Positions 33,995-43,492 are shown, counted from the stretch's first letter. The stretch: DNA of 52,729 nt from an uncultured archaeon (GCA_964358055.1 CAYHNT010000003.1:1-52729); one strand, 5' to 3'. Numbers and translations are program-made. Notes: generated from the letters alone by a model not told the origin.

Positions 33995-35314
33995 ATGGCC
34001 TCGCCCCTTGCCGACTATTTGTCCAAGCACTCGTTGAGCGCGGGGGACCGTGTCTCTTTGACGTGGAAAAATGCGCCATTAGAGGGAACCATTCTCCCCC
34101 AACCTGCGGAGGAGCATTTGTTTCTCAAAATAAAATTAGATAGTGGATACAATATGGGAGTGGCGCTCACGAATATTCAACGGATTGAAAAAATAGCCCA
34201 TCCTCTCGCTTCCCCCGCCCATCTTCATGATATTCCTGTACCCAATTCTTCTCCTTCCGCCAAACGACCAGGCTTTTCCCTGATTGGGGTGGGCGGTACA
34301 ATTGTGAGTAAGGTGAACTATGAAACGGGGGGCGTTATTGCCAAGATGACCCCCGCGGAACTTTCATCCATTGTTCCGGGGATCAAGGAGTTTTCCGAGA
34401 TACGAAACGTGGTGTCTCCTTTTACTAAAATGAGCGAGGACAACAATCCCTCCGATTGGGTGCGCATTGCTCAGGCGTGTCATGAGGAATTAATCAAACC
34501 TGATGTGGAGGGAGTGGTGGTTTCTCACGGCACGGACACGTTACACTATACAGCGGCCGCACTTTCATTCATGCTTCCCTCTCTTTCCAAGCCCGTGGTA
34601 GTGGTGGGTTCCCAGCGCAGCAGTGACCGCGGAAGCAGTGATGCGGAAATGAATCTTATTTGTGCGGTGCGCTTGGCCGTGAGTGATTTTGCCGAGGTGG
34701 GGACGTGCATGCATGGGGATACATCGGATAGTTTTTGTTTTTTTATCCGCGGGAGCAGTGTGAGAAAAATGCACACCTCGAGAAGGGATGCGTTTCGTCC
34801 CATCAATCGTCTTCCTCTTGCTAAGGTGTGGCAGGATGGGAAAATAGAGGTGCTCTCTCCATTTCATAAACGCTCAACAGGTGAAACCAAGCTCGATGCG
34901 GTGTTTGAAGAGAATGTGGCATTAATCAAATTCTTTCCTGGAATGTCCCCCTCCATGTTGGAGGATCATGTGAAGCGTGGATGCAAGGGCTTTGTGATTG
35001 AAGCCACTGGATTGGGGGGCGTGCGCAAGGAATTGATTCCGGCCATTCATTCCGTTACCCAAAAAGGGATTCCTGTTTTCATTGTGTCTCAGACCATTTA
35101 TGGTCGGGTCAACCTTAACGTGTATTCGTATGGAAGACAATTACAGGAAGCGGGTGCAGTGGGTTTGGAAGACATGCTCTCCGAAACGGCCTATGTGAAA
35201 TTAGGGTGGGTATTAGGTCATACGAAAGATATGCTGAAAGTCAAGGAAATGATGCTCACCAATTATGCTGGGGAAATTTCCCTCACAAGTCGTGCAGATA
35301 CCTTCCTAAATTAG
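33995..35314 (+). CDS. gatD: Glutamyl-tRNA(Gln) amidotransferase subunit D (asparaginase-fold, archaeal)
   Basis: I trimmed the start to ATG 33995 (439 aa). The matching segments are LIGVGGTIVSKVNYETGGV, VVVSHGTDTLHYTAAALSFML and KPVVVVGSQRSSDRGSSDAEMNL. A ~90-aa N-terminal domain characteristic of GatD precedes the asparaginase fold. Confidence 0.8.
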   Translation: MASPLADYLSKHSLSAGDRVSLTWKNAPLEGTILPQPAEEHLFLKIKLDSGYNMGVALTNIQRIEKIAHPLASPAHLHDIPVPNSSPSAKRPGFSLIGVGGTIVSKVNYETGGVIAKMTPAELSSIVPGIKEFSEIRNVVSPFTKMSEDNNPSDWVRIAQACHEELIKPDVEGVVVSHGTDTLHYTAAALSFMLPSLSKPVVVVGSQRSSDRGSSDAEMNLICAVRLAVSDFAEVGTCMHGDTSDSFCFFIRGSSVRKMHTSRRDAFRPINRLPLAKVWQDGKIEVLSPFHKRSTGETKLDAVFEENVALIKFFPGMSPSMLEDHVKRGCKGFVIEATGLGGVRKELIPAIHSVTQKGIPVFIVSQTIYGRVNLNVYSYGRQLQEAGAVGLEDMLSETAYVKLGWVLGHTKDMLKVKEMMLTNYAGEISLTSRADTFLN

Positions 35315-35383
35315 TCGTATTTTGATGAATCTTTTCCTAAAAGGTTCGTAGACTATTATATACCCCTTTTTTCTGGTGAAGAC

Positions 35384-36013
35384 ATGGTAACCGAGCAGAT
35401 TATGGCCTCAATCGAGGATGCGTTTTTTTCTTTTTCATTTGCGGATGTCCTACAGTGGCTTTCGTACGGCCTCGCGCTCGCGGCCTACCTCATTCTCATC
35501 TTTTTCTTTTATCGTTTCATTTCACATCGGGACATTTTCAAGAAGAAGATCACATTTGAGCATCCGGGAATCGTTGGTTTGATGGAGGATTTGGTGTTAT
35601 CCATTCTTCGCCTCATTCATTATGGGGTGTTGTTTCCCATTATTTCGTTTCTATGGTTCTTTGGTTTTGCAGCATTGCTTTTTTTGATTGTTCAGAATCA
35701 AACGGTGCATCAAATTACACTCATTGCCATTGCATTAGTTACGGGTGCACGATTGTTGGCGTACTATAACGAGGAGGCTTCCCAAGAATTAGCCAAGACG
35801 GTTCCTGTTGTTATTTTAGGTGTGGCATTAATTGAGCCTGACTTCTTCCAATTTGAATTGGCCTATGAGCGTTTTCTCGCATTGCCTGCGTTGAGCATTA
35901 CGCTATTGCAATTCATCGTGTATCTTTCCGCCCTTGAGTTGGGTTTGCGTTTCTTGTATCATTTGAAGATGGCTGTTTTCGATGACCGTTTGGGTACGAG
36001 AGAAAAAAAGTAA
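35384..36013 (+). CDS. Membrane protein of unknown function
   Basis: About 5-6 hydrophobic helices. TTATATA lies 22-28 nt upstream and GGTGA 7 nt upstream of the ATG. No family recognised. Confidence 0.5.
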   Translation: MVTEQIMASIEDAFFSFSFADVLQWLSYGLALAAYLILIFFFYRFISHRDIFKKKITFEHPGIVGLMEDLVLSILRLIHYGVLFPIISFLWFFGFAALLFLIVQNQTVHQITLIAIALVTGARLLAYYNEEASQELAKTVPVVILGVALIEPDFFQFELAYERFLALPALSITLLQFIVYLSALELGLRFLYHLKMAVFDDRLGTREKK

Positions 36014-36034
36014 GTGAATGAAAAGTAGTCTAAA

Positions 36035-39000
36035 CTAGATCGGGAAGATGAGTCTCCAGAATAGGATGAATACTAACGCGAATGGGCTCAATCCCACGAG
36101 TGCATAATCCACCACGTCTCCTACAATGGCATTGGCGCAGAGTCCGGGGCAGATGCCTCCGCAGTCCACGTCTTCTTCTCCCAGATCATAGACGCCGTTC
36201 GAGCATGTTAATGTAATGGGTAGTGCACAGTCTTCGTCTACTTCCTCATCGCAATCATTGTCGATTCCGTCGCACAGTTCTAATGAGGGCTCACACGAGT
36301 CACCACTTCCGCCTGATCCAGAACCACCACCACTACCTCCACCGCCGCCACCGCCTCCGCCGCCGCCTCCGCCGCCGCCTCCACTGCCGCCTTCATTTCC
36401 GCCTGATGGGGGCGTGGAGGTATAATCGGGTGCTTCTTCACAGCTCGTGTTGGATAGCGCTGCTCCTAATACGTTGCGTGCCTTGACGGCAAAGCAATAG
36501 GTTTCTTTGGGGTTTCCTGTAAATGCATACGGACTCGTGGTTTGGGTGTTGACCACCCATGCTTGTGTGCTATCAAACTCGCTTGTACTAATGATTCCGT
36601 CTTCCATGATGGGATCGCTATTCAGTATTCCGCGTAGCTCGTAAACAGGAGTGGGTTTTCCTGCAGAGTCGGTCCATGAGATATCAATGAGCCCCGTCAC
36701 GCTTGAACTGGCATCCGTGCTTAGGATGAAGGGCCCCGGAGGGGAGTCAGGTATGTTTGCAATATCACAATCCGTTGTGGAGTAGGAGCTTCCTACCGTG
36801 TTGCTTGCTTTTCCTGCGAAGCAATATTCGGTTCCCGGTATTCCCGTGTAGGTGAATGGGTTGAGTGGGTCGACGGAATTGTATATCCATTTGCCCGTGT
36901 TAAGTGGATCTTCAAATTCGGTGGAGTCAATGATTCCATCGTTTGCAATCGGGTCGCTCTTGAGTACGCCTTTCAAATTATAGGCTACGGGTGCGGTTCC
37001 CCCTGCGAGTGACCAAGTAACATCCACGTGTCCGGTTCCCGTTCCTTCGTTGGTTGTCACGTCAAATGATCCGGGTGCAGTGGGTCCTCCCGTCGAGGCG
37101 TCGATGACCAAGTTCACGGATGCGGAAATGAATCCCACGGCATTCTTGATTCGCACAGGGTATGTTCCAGGTCCGCCTAGTGTTACAATTTCTGCACTTG
37201 AAAGATTAATGCGCATGAAGTCATTGAGCCCTCCCACAACCGTGGGTGTTTTTTCAGGGAGCGTACCCACGAGTGCGGTGGCATAGGTTTGTATTTTTGT
37301 TCCCGTGAGTGTGAGCGTGTAGCCTTGTCCTTCTACAATGGGATTGGGTGTGACGCTTTGTAACGTAGGAGTGGCTTCTGTTATTCCGAGTGAAATCGAA
37401 TTAGACGACTGGCTTCCGTTCGTCACGCGCACAGAATGGTTTCCTACGCCCAATGTTTTGGTTTGTGCGGCGCTTAATGAAAAGGCGAGGGATAGGTTGT
37501 TCCCTGCAACGCTTGTTGGAACTATCCCGACAATGCTTCCTACGGTGACGGTGGAATAGGTTTGGAGTTTCGTTCCCGTGAGTGTAATGCTGGTAGTAGA
37601 GTCCCATACGACGGAAGGGGGATTGCTTGAGCTGAGCGTGGGAACAGGATCCACGATGGAAAGTGTAGTGGTGTTAGAGAGTTTCCCTGCGTTATCCACT
37701 TGCACGGCGTGCACTCCCACTCCTAACGAGTTGATTTGCGCAGAGGTTAATGTGACGCGCAGCACAGTGGGTGAAACAATCGTGGGATTTGTAATCGTGA
37801 GTGCTCCAATTTTGACTTGAGGGGCGCTACCAAAGAATGTTCCCGTTAAGTCGAGTGTGGGCGCGGAGTTGTATTCCACCTGGTTGGGGCTTATGGTTGA
37901 GAGTGTGGGGTTGCTCACGGTGAGTGAGAGTGCATTGCTTGTTTGACTGCTCACGGTTACGGTAAGTGCGTGCGTTGCTGTGTTCAATGTTTGTGTTTGC
38001 GCTGCGGAGAGAGAGAATGTGATGCTGGTGGCGCTTGCAACGGTGGGGTTTGATATTACCACTTGGTTTGCCCCCGTTCCAATGGTTACGGTGGCAGGGC
38101 TTGCAAAATTCGTTCCCGTGAGAGTAATGGTTCCGCTGGCCGCGTTGTAGGCAATCGTACTTGGGCTTACATTCGTAAGTGTTGGAGTGCTGGTACTGGT
38201 AATACTAAATGGAATGGTGTTTGAAATAATGGTTCCGCGTTCAACGTCCACGGAAGAATTGCCGGCTCCCACTGTAACCGTTTGGGCTGCGGTCAGGCTG
38301 GTGCGAATGAGTGTGGAGCTTACAAATGTGGAAGCAACAAATACTTGTCCAGTGGGTCCCCTGAACTTTACCAAGTCACCAGATTGGAACCCTGTTCCTT
38401 GGAGTGCGAGTAGGGCGGAGTTTTGGTTGTAGGGGGTGGAATTGGGAGTGATGCTGACAAGAGTAATGGGTGGGGGTGCTTGGATGGAAAGGGTAATGGT
38501 GTTGGAGGAATTGCTTCCTTGAATAATTTTCGCCGAATGACTTCCGTTTCCTAATGTGGTGGTGTGCGCACTTGTGAGTGTGGCAATCAAGTTAGGTCCA
38601 CTTGTACTAATTGGCAAATTTACAATCGTGGTGGGTGCTCCTTGTTTGGTAATTTGAAGCGTATCTCCGGATAGTAATCCATTTCCTGTTACGGTAAGCG
38701 TGTAGGGCCCTTGTCCCGTGATGATGGGAGTGGGGTTGCTGGTGATGCTGCTTAAGAAAAATGCGGACGATGCACATTGGCAGGATGCAATAGGCAGTGG
38801 CACTCCTGCAGGAGAGCATAGGAAACTGGGACATGAGTTGACTCCCCCTGGTCCAGTTGTGACGTTTTGCGGAACGTAGTCGCACGTTTCTGGAGTATTC
38901 ACTACTTTGTTTCCACAAAAAGATTGTCCAAAGCACAGCCCATTGGTATAGCACAGGGGATCATTACAATTCAACAGTCCATTGCAGTTGTTTTCTTTTG

Positions 39001-41632
39001 AATCTGAGCAATTTTCTCCGGCTGCCGGGTGCATGCTTCCATCCGTATCATTACAGTCTCCCGCACACGTGGTGTAACCGTCTCCATCTGCATCCGTACA
39101 TGAATTAGTAACCTTTGCAGTGGGGATGTTGGCAAAGAAGGTGAGTCCGCAGATGATTTCATCATCTATTTCATCCAATCGGACTCCCCATTGGTCGGGG
39201 CTGGGGAATGGGTTGGGTTGAATATTATTTAGCCATATTCGCTCGAATGTCTTTTTGATGTCCGCATAATAGGTGGGGTAATCGGGAATGTAGCTCGGAT
39301 CCGTTTGTCGAATCAGGTTGGCTGCTTGCATTTCAGCACATATCCCCGGCCACATCTGTTGTTCGGGTAAATAGTGATATGTGTCGTTCTCGGAACCAGG
39401 TGCTGCATCGGCGATAATGATTTTACCAAATGGGGCAAGTCCTCCTTGTCCCTCATTTTGTGATCCACTCGCACCGTTCACAAATGGTTTTCCATTCACC
39501 ACTTGTTCAGGGGTCTTGTGCATGTAAGTAGTAAGAAACCATATTCCGTCTTCGATAATGGTTTTGAGTTGGATTGCCCCCGCGTCGGTGGGCTTAAACA
39601 TGTCCCGATAGGCTGCACCGAGTCCGTGTCGCACGTGGGCTTCTTCAAATGGTTGTATTTTTTTACAGCCTGTACAGCCGGGTGCTTCGTTGGTGTAATA
39701 TTTTACGGGATACGGTTCTCCCGTGTAGGGATTGATTCCGGCCTCTCCTTCGTTTTGATTATTCATTGTTTTGCGTATCAAATCCACGAATTGGGTGCCG
39801 AGTGGATTTTTGTAATCATTATCATTCGTCACCATGTAGGCCAGCACAATATTTTTGAGTGCTCTTCCGCGCGAGCGGCCGGTGATTCCGTACCATTGTC
39901 CTCCGTTTACCGTGTTGCTTGAATAATAGTAATAGGGCGACGCCGCGGAAATATCTACTCCATGCAACCCGAGCGTGCGCGCACTCCAGTCTCCGGTGAG
40001 CATCCAGCGATAGAGTTCCATTCCAAGCGAAAGATGGGAAGGGGGTCGCATCTGCCATCCGTGAAACGCATTTAGCGACCAAAGAAAAGTTCCAGAATCA
40101 TCCGTTAAATGTGGAGCCAGGTTTGCAGTCCCAGAGTTTGGATTGGACGTGTCGCATAATCCAAATGCATCGCTTGCGGAATAAACCAATGAGCAGTTTC
40201 CATTTGTCTGGACAATGGGGGGTGATTGGTAATAATCCATGTTGCTTTTAGGGTGTTCCATGAAGTCGAATCCTGGTAGCTGATCGGCCGTTTGTGCGCT
40301 CCCGTACATGTGAAAGCGTAGCACGTCCAGGTATTCTTTTTGGCATCGTGTTTGACAGGAGAACAAGTATCGAACTAATTCCATGGGCTCTTGTCGGTAA
40401 TGGAGGAAGGTGTAGGAGGTATTTCCCATGTTTTTACTCTCATAATCGTACCATCCCCATCGGTGAGCGTTCCCAATGTTGTTCATCAGGCCCACTCGTG
40501 CGTTCCACGTGTTGGTGGCGTCGTTGCTGAAACTAAAATTGGGCTCAATTGCGTCGGGTCGTGGGAAGTCTTCGAAGAAATAACTATTCACTTTGCTCCA
40601 TCGCGAAAGGGATTGTCCTGATTCAATCATGCGCTCTTCGACAGGATGCGATGCGCTGCCGCTTCCTCCCGTGTATACTACGAATTTACTCATGAGTCCC
40701 TGCATGAAGCCGATGTAGTTATTCGTAAAGTTAGGCCCTTCTCCAATCGTCCCTAAAAATTGTTGTCCGTCTGTGGGCATGATGTAGTAGTCGGTTTGCG
40801 AGCCGCTGATGGACTCAACGTAGGAGGGCTGAATGTACGTGGCGTCCGTCAAATAGAATTCGTGTGCGCCTGAAGTAGTAATGGAAATTTTAGCATCGTC
40901 ATAAAAAAAACCAGGATATTGTCCATTCGCATAGTCGGGTCCATTGTTGAAAGGTCCCCCGGTGGCTGACATGGTATCTTCTTTCAGGTTCCCTGAGCTG
41001 TACAGAATATGATCCACTAAAACATAGTCTTTTCCTGAAACAATGGTAATGAAAAATTCGGAGGTGAAAAGATAAACCAAGTTCTCCGTAACACCGCCTG
41101 CAACTGGAGTGTGTCTCTTGGTGATGTGATACACGCGCGTCACGGGGCCGTTTTCTAATATTTCACACGTGGTGGAGGGGCAATTGTCAATGTCCACGGT
41201 CATGTCATAGGTTCCACCCAACACATCTCTTGTCTGCGCTTTCATTCCTCCATTTCTCAAAAAGTTTTCAACCGTTGTAACGGTGCTGAAGGCTGAGCTT
41301 GAGCCCGTGGTAATGGGAAGAATGGATTCCAACCCGGGTCCAACGCTTGCAAGTACGTGCATCACGGCCGTGCGGACTTTTCCATCTTCATAATAGGAGG
41401 TTGCCACTCCCTGCGTGTTGAGTCCCCCAATCTTCACATTGGCGAGGCCTGCCACCGTCATGTTGTCTGCTTTGGTAAAAGAAATGGGAATGTTGACCAG
41501 GTCGTTGGACAGGAATTGCGTGGTGCCATTCTTGATGAACACCTCCGTATCGGAGAGTGTTTGGGCGAATACGCTTTGGGAAAGCAGCACAAGCGTGGCT
41601 ACCATTAACAAAATGCATATTCCTCTCCCCAT
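36035..41632 (-). CDS. Giant (1865 aa) mosaic surface protein: signal peptide, ~850-aa globular region, Cys-rich modules, 6 IPT/TIG-like and 2 FN3-like repeats, G16 linker, Cys-rich knot, C-terminal TM tail
   Basis: The signal is MGRGICILLMVATLVLLSQSVFA. Cys-rich metal-binding-like motifs are CTDADGDGYTTCAGDCNDTDGSMHPAAGENC and CDGIDNDCDEEVDEDC. The C-terminus VGDVVDYALVGLSPFALVFILFWRLIFPI is a hydrophobic helix plus a short tail. Confidence 0.9.
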   Translation of the reverse strand: MGRGICILLMVATLVLLSQSVFAQTLSDTEVFIKNGTTQFLSNDLVNIPISFTKADNMTVAGLANVKIGGLNTQGVATSYYEDGKVRTAVMHVLASVGPGLESILPITTGSSSAFSTVTTVENFLRNGGMKAQTRDVLGGTYDMTVDIDNCPSTTCEILENGPVTRVYHITKRHTPVAGGVTENLVYLFTSEFFITIVSGKDYVLVDHILYSSGNLKEDTMSATGGPFNNGPDYANGQYPGFFYDDAKISITTSGAHEFYLTDATYIQPSYVESISGSQTDYYIMPTDGQQFLGTIGEGPNFTNNYIGFMQGLMSKFVVYTGGSGSASHPVEERMIESGQSLSRWSKVNSYFFEDFPRPDAIEPNFSFSNDATNTWNARVGLMNNIGNAHRWGWYDYESKNMGNTSYTFLHYRQEPMELVRYLFSCQTRCQKEYLDVLRFHMYGSAQTADQLPGFDFMEHPKSNMDYYQSPPIVQTNGNCSLVYSASDAFGLCDTSNPNSGTANLAPHLTDDSGTFLWSLNAFHGWQMRPPSHLSLGMELYRWMLTGDWSARTLGLHGVDISAASPYYYYSSNTVNGGQWYGITGRSRGRALKNIVLAYMVTNDNDYKNPLGTQFVDLIRKTMNNQNEGEAGINPYTGEPYPVKYYTNEAPGCTGCKKIQPFEEAHVRHGLGAAYRDMFKPTDAGAIQLKTIIEDGIWFLTTYMHKTPEQVVNGKPFVNGASGSQNEGQGGLAPFGKIIIADAAPGSENDTYHYLPEQQMWPGICAEMQAANLIRQTDPSYIPDYPTYYADIKKTFERIWLNNIQPNPFPSPDQWGVRLDEIDDEIICGLTFFANIPTAKVTNSCTDADGDGYTTCAGDCNDTDGSMHPAAGENCSDSKENNCNGLLNCNDPLCYTNGLCFGQSFCGNKVVNTPETCDYVPQNVTTGPGGVNSCPSFLCSPAGVPLPIASCQCASSAFFLSSITSNPTPIITGQGPYTLTVTGNGLLSGDTLQITKQGAPTTIVNLPISTSGPNLIATLTSAHTTTLGNGSHSAKIIQGSNSSNTITLSIQAPPPITLVSITPNSTPYNQNSALLALQGTGFQSGDLVKFRGPTGQVFVASTFVSSTLIRTSLTAAQTVTVGAGNSSVDVERGTIISNTIPFSITSTSTPTLTNVSPSTIAYNAASGTITLTGTNFASPATVTIGTGANQVVISNPTVASATSITFSLSAAQTQTLNTATHALTVTVSSQTSNALSLTVSNPTLSTISPNQVEYNSAPTLDLTGTFFGSAPQVKIGALTITNPTIVSPTVLRVTLTSAQINSLGVGVHAVQVDNAGKLSNTTTLSIVDPVPTLSSSNPPSVVWDSTTSITLTGTKLQTYSTVTVGSIVGIVPTSVAGNNLSLAFSLSAAQTKTLGVGNHSVRVTNGSQSSNSISLGITEATPTLQSVTPNPIVEGQGYTLTLTGTKIQTYATALVGTLPEKTPTVVGGLNDFMRINLSSAEIVTLGGPGTYPVRIKNAVGFISASVNLVIDASTGGPTAPGSFDVTTNEGTGTGHVDVTWSLAGGTAPVAYNLKGVLKSDPIANDGIIDSTEFEDPLNTGKWIYNSVDPLNPFTYTGIPGTEYCFAGKASNTVGSSYSTTDCDIANIPDSPPGPFILSTDASSSVTGLIDISWTDSAGKPTPVYELRGILNSDPIMEDGIISTSEFDSTQAWVVNTQTTSPYAFTGNPKETYCFAVKARNVLGAALSNTSCEEAPDYTSTPPSGGNEGGSGGGGGGGGGGGGGGGGSGGGSGSGGSGDSCEPSLELCDGIDNDCDEEVDEDCALPITLTCSNGVYDLGEEDVDCGGICPGLCANAIVGDVVDYALVGLSPFALVFILFWRLIFPI
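36302..36406 (-). repeat. Gly/Ser low-complexity linker including 16 consecutive Gly codons
   Basis: My codon-by-codon reading gives SGGNEGGS-G16-SGGGSGSGGSG. The G16 is encoded at 36335-36382 by an imperfect GGN array (plus strand acc tcc acc gcc gcc acc gcc tcc gcc gcc gcc tcc gcc gcc gcc tcc). Confidence 0.9.
36430..37095 (-). repeat. Two tandem ~105-113-aa FN3-like modules
   Basis: The two units align. The first is PGSFDVTTNEGTGTGHVDVTWSLAGGTAPVAYNLKGVLKSDPIANDGIIDSTEFE...TYTGIPGTEYCFAGKASN. The second is PGPFILSTDASSSVTGLIDISWTDSAGKPTPVYELRGILNSDPIMEDGIISTSEFD...AFTGNPKETYCFAVKARN. Confidence 0.6.
37100..38757 (-). repeat. Six tandem ~92-aa IPT/TIG-like modules
   Basis: The recurrent pattern is P(T/I)L.S(V/I)(S/T)PN....(Y/W)...........L.LTGT.F......V.(I/V)G ... 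(L/F)SAAQ(T/I)..LG.G.H.V.V. Example units begin PTLTNVSPSTIAYNAASGTITLTGTNFASPATVTIG, PTLSTISPNQVEYNSAPTLDLTGTFFGSAPQVKIG, and PTLQSVTPNPIVEGQGYTLTLTGTKIQ. Boundaries are approximate. Confidence 0.65.
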
Positions 41633-41708
41633 AATGGGGTGAAAGCCGCTTAGGCTTTTTAAGGATGCTTAATCGTCTTCCTTTCACCCGCATATAGGGT
41701 TGCTTTCT

Positions 41709-42407
41709 ATGATTCAACTCATACGTAACACCCAGCATCACCGCTCCGCACACTCTTGGCTGACTTCGTTTCATCACTTTTCATTCGACCAATATTATGA
41801 TCCCACCAACATGAATTGGGGAAAGTTGAGAGTGTTTAATGAGGATTTCATCTCTCCTGCATCAGGTTTTCCTTTACATCCTCATCATGATATGGAAATT
41901 GTCACATATGTGTTGAGCGGTGAATTGAAGCATGAGGATAGTTTGGGAAATAGTGGAATCATTCACGCGGGGGAAATTCAATATATGAGTGCGGGAACAG
42001 GAGTGTTGCACGCGGAGTTCAATGCTTCCAAAACCCATCCGCTTCACTTGATTCAAATGTGGGTGCTCCCTGAGAAGGAAGGCCTTACTCCCTCATGGGG
42101 ACAGCAAACGGTTTCGCGTGAAGAAAAAATGAATCGCTTATTGTGTGTGGTGTCGAAAAAGAAAAGCGACGCCATCATGCGCATCCATCAAGATGCTTCG
42201 TTTCACGTTTCCATTTTGATGAAGGGAAAAAAAATCGAATGGAAACCTGAATATTCTCACCAGTATCTTTTCGTGATTGACGGGAGCATCCGCGTGAACG
42301 GCGCGACGATCAACAAGCAGGACTCGGCTAAAATAATGGAAGAGAAGCAACTCACCATTGAAGGATTGGAGAACGCCCATTTTGTTTTGTGGGACATGGC
42401 AGAATAA
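41709..42407 (+). CDS. Pirin-family protein (cupin; YhhW-like)
   Basis: The motifs are SGFPLHPHHDMEIVTYVLSGELKHEDSLGN and GEIQYMSAGTGVLHAEFN. Start at ATG 41709; the track start is TTG 41700. Confidence 0.8.
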   Translation: MIQLIRNTQHHRSAHSWLTSFHHFSFDQYYDPTNMNWGKLRVFNEDFISPASGFPLHPHHDMEIVTYVLSGELKHEDSLGNSGIIHAGEIQYMSAGTGVLHAEFNASKTHPLHLIQMWVLPEKEGLTPSWGQQTVSREEKMNRLLCVVSKKKSDAIMRIHQDASFHVSILMKGKKIEWKPEYSHQYLFVIDGSIRVNGATINKQDSAKIMEEKQLTIEGLENAHFVLWDMAE

Positions 42408-43151
42408 TTACGCTCCAAAAACACTTGGATTAATTTTTCCCATTGCCAAAAGTAGTCCAATCAACACGGGTTGGTGTACAAAATAAATCATTAGTGATTT
42501 TCTTCCCAACTCTGCAAAAAGATTCGTGATTACGTTTGTCTTTTTCCACCCAAGCAAAGAATGGGGGTTCCCTTGCGGATACAAATAATTTCCCGCGCTC
42601 ATTCCAAGCAAAAAAACGCCCAACCATGGGAACAATGGAAAATAATCAAACGTTTGAAAGGACACGGGAAGAAGGATGGGCCAGAATGGAAGAGTGGAAT
42701 GAAGAATGGTGGAAAAAAGAACTCCCAATCCAGTGAATAATATTCCAGCCAGCAACGTGAGTGTTGGTCGATGCACAAGAAACGCGCCCACAATCAGGGA
42801 CACCCCCATCAAGTGTAGCACGCCAAACCAAATGGCATATGCGGGAAACGTAATATACGTGATGAGTGAAATAATCATTCCCAATCCTAGAATGAAAATT
42901 CCCTTTTGCACCAATGCTCGCCACTTTTCCGTATACGCATGCGCGGAGCGGTGCGCACTCAGCGTAAGCGAGAGTCCGGCGAGTCCGATGAAAAGTGCAG
43001 CCGTGAATCGTCCGAAGTAAAACCACCACCCCTGATTCAAATCTACGACGGGTTGTACGAAAAAGTTCCAGTCAAAAATAAAATGATAGACAATCATGAA
43101 TACGATGGCAATTCCACGTAGCACATCGAGTTCCAGAAAGCGAGGGGGCAT
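42408..43151 (-). CDS. DUF1624 / heparan-alpha-glucosaminide N-acetyltransferase-like membrane protein
   Basis: I trimmed the start to MPPRFLELDVLRGIAIVFMIVYHFIFDW (43151), the typical opening of this acyltransferase-like family. It has about 7 TM helices. Confidence 0.55.
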   Translation of the reverse strand: MPPRFLELDVLRGIAIVFMIVYHFIFDWNFFVQPVVDLNQGWWFYFGRFTAALFIGLAGLSLTLSAHRSAHAYTEKWRALVQKGIFILGLGMIISLITYITFPAYAIWFGVLHLMGVSLIVGAFLVHRPTLTLLAGILFTGLGVLFSTILHSTLPFWPILLPVSFQTFDYFPLFPWLGVFLLGMSAGNYLYPQGNPHSLLGWKKTNVITNLFAELGRKSLMIYFVHQPVLIGLLLAMGKINPSVFGA

Positions 43152-43185
43152 ACGTGATTCTTGTTTGTCGTGAATAAAAAGGCCC

Positions 43186-43491
43186 TTACAAGATATCCAC
43201 GAATGTTCGAATGAATCGTTGCTTGGCGGTTTTGTACACTTGCTTTCCCTCATCTGTAAGCGAATACACCACGGTTTTTCCTTTTTTTATTTCCTTGATT
43301 AATTCGAGTTCCTTCATCATTTTCAATGCAGGATAAATGGTCCCTGGACTGGGTCGTTCGCCTTTTCGTTTTTCCAATTCATCTGCGATTTCCTGCCCAT
43401 GCATGGGTTTTTTGGATAATAGAAAAAGGATGAGGAAGGTGAGGAAGCCCCGCATGTCGCAGCAATATGCTTCTTTCTCGTCTTTACCCAT
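43186..43491 (-). CDS. PadR-family transcriptional regulator
   Basis: I trimmed the start to ATG 43491. MRGFLTFLILFLLSKKPMHGQEIADELEKRKGERPSPGTIYPALKMMKELELI is the PadR winged-helix pattern. Confidence 0.7.
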   Translation of the reverse strand: MGKDEKEAYCCDMRGFLTFLILFLLSKKPMHGQEIADELEKRKGERPSPGTIYPALKMMKELELIKEIKKGKTVVYSLTDEGKQVYKTAKQRFIRTFVDIL

Positions 43492-43492
43492 A

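Noticed and set aside
36302-36406. The GGN tract as a G-quadruplex or non-coding repeat element
   Set aside because: It lies in frame within an intact 5.6-kb ORF. The G runs are only 2-3 nt long, so a coding Gly/Ser linker explains it.
41641-41662. The hairpin AAGCC-GCTTA-GGCTT plus T5 as a terminator
   Set aside because: It lies between divergently transcribed genes (starts at 41632 and 41709), so nothing terminates there. The T/A run more likely serves as the TATA-like box.
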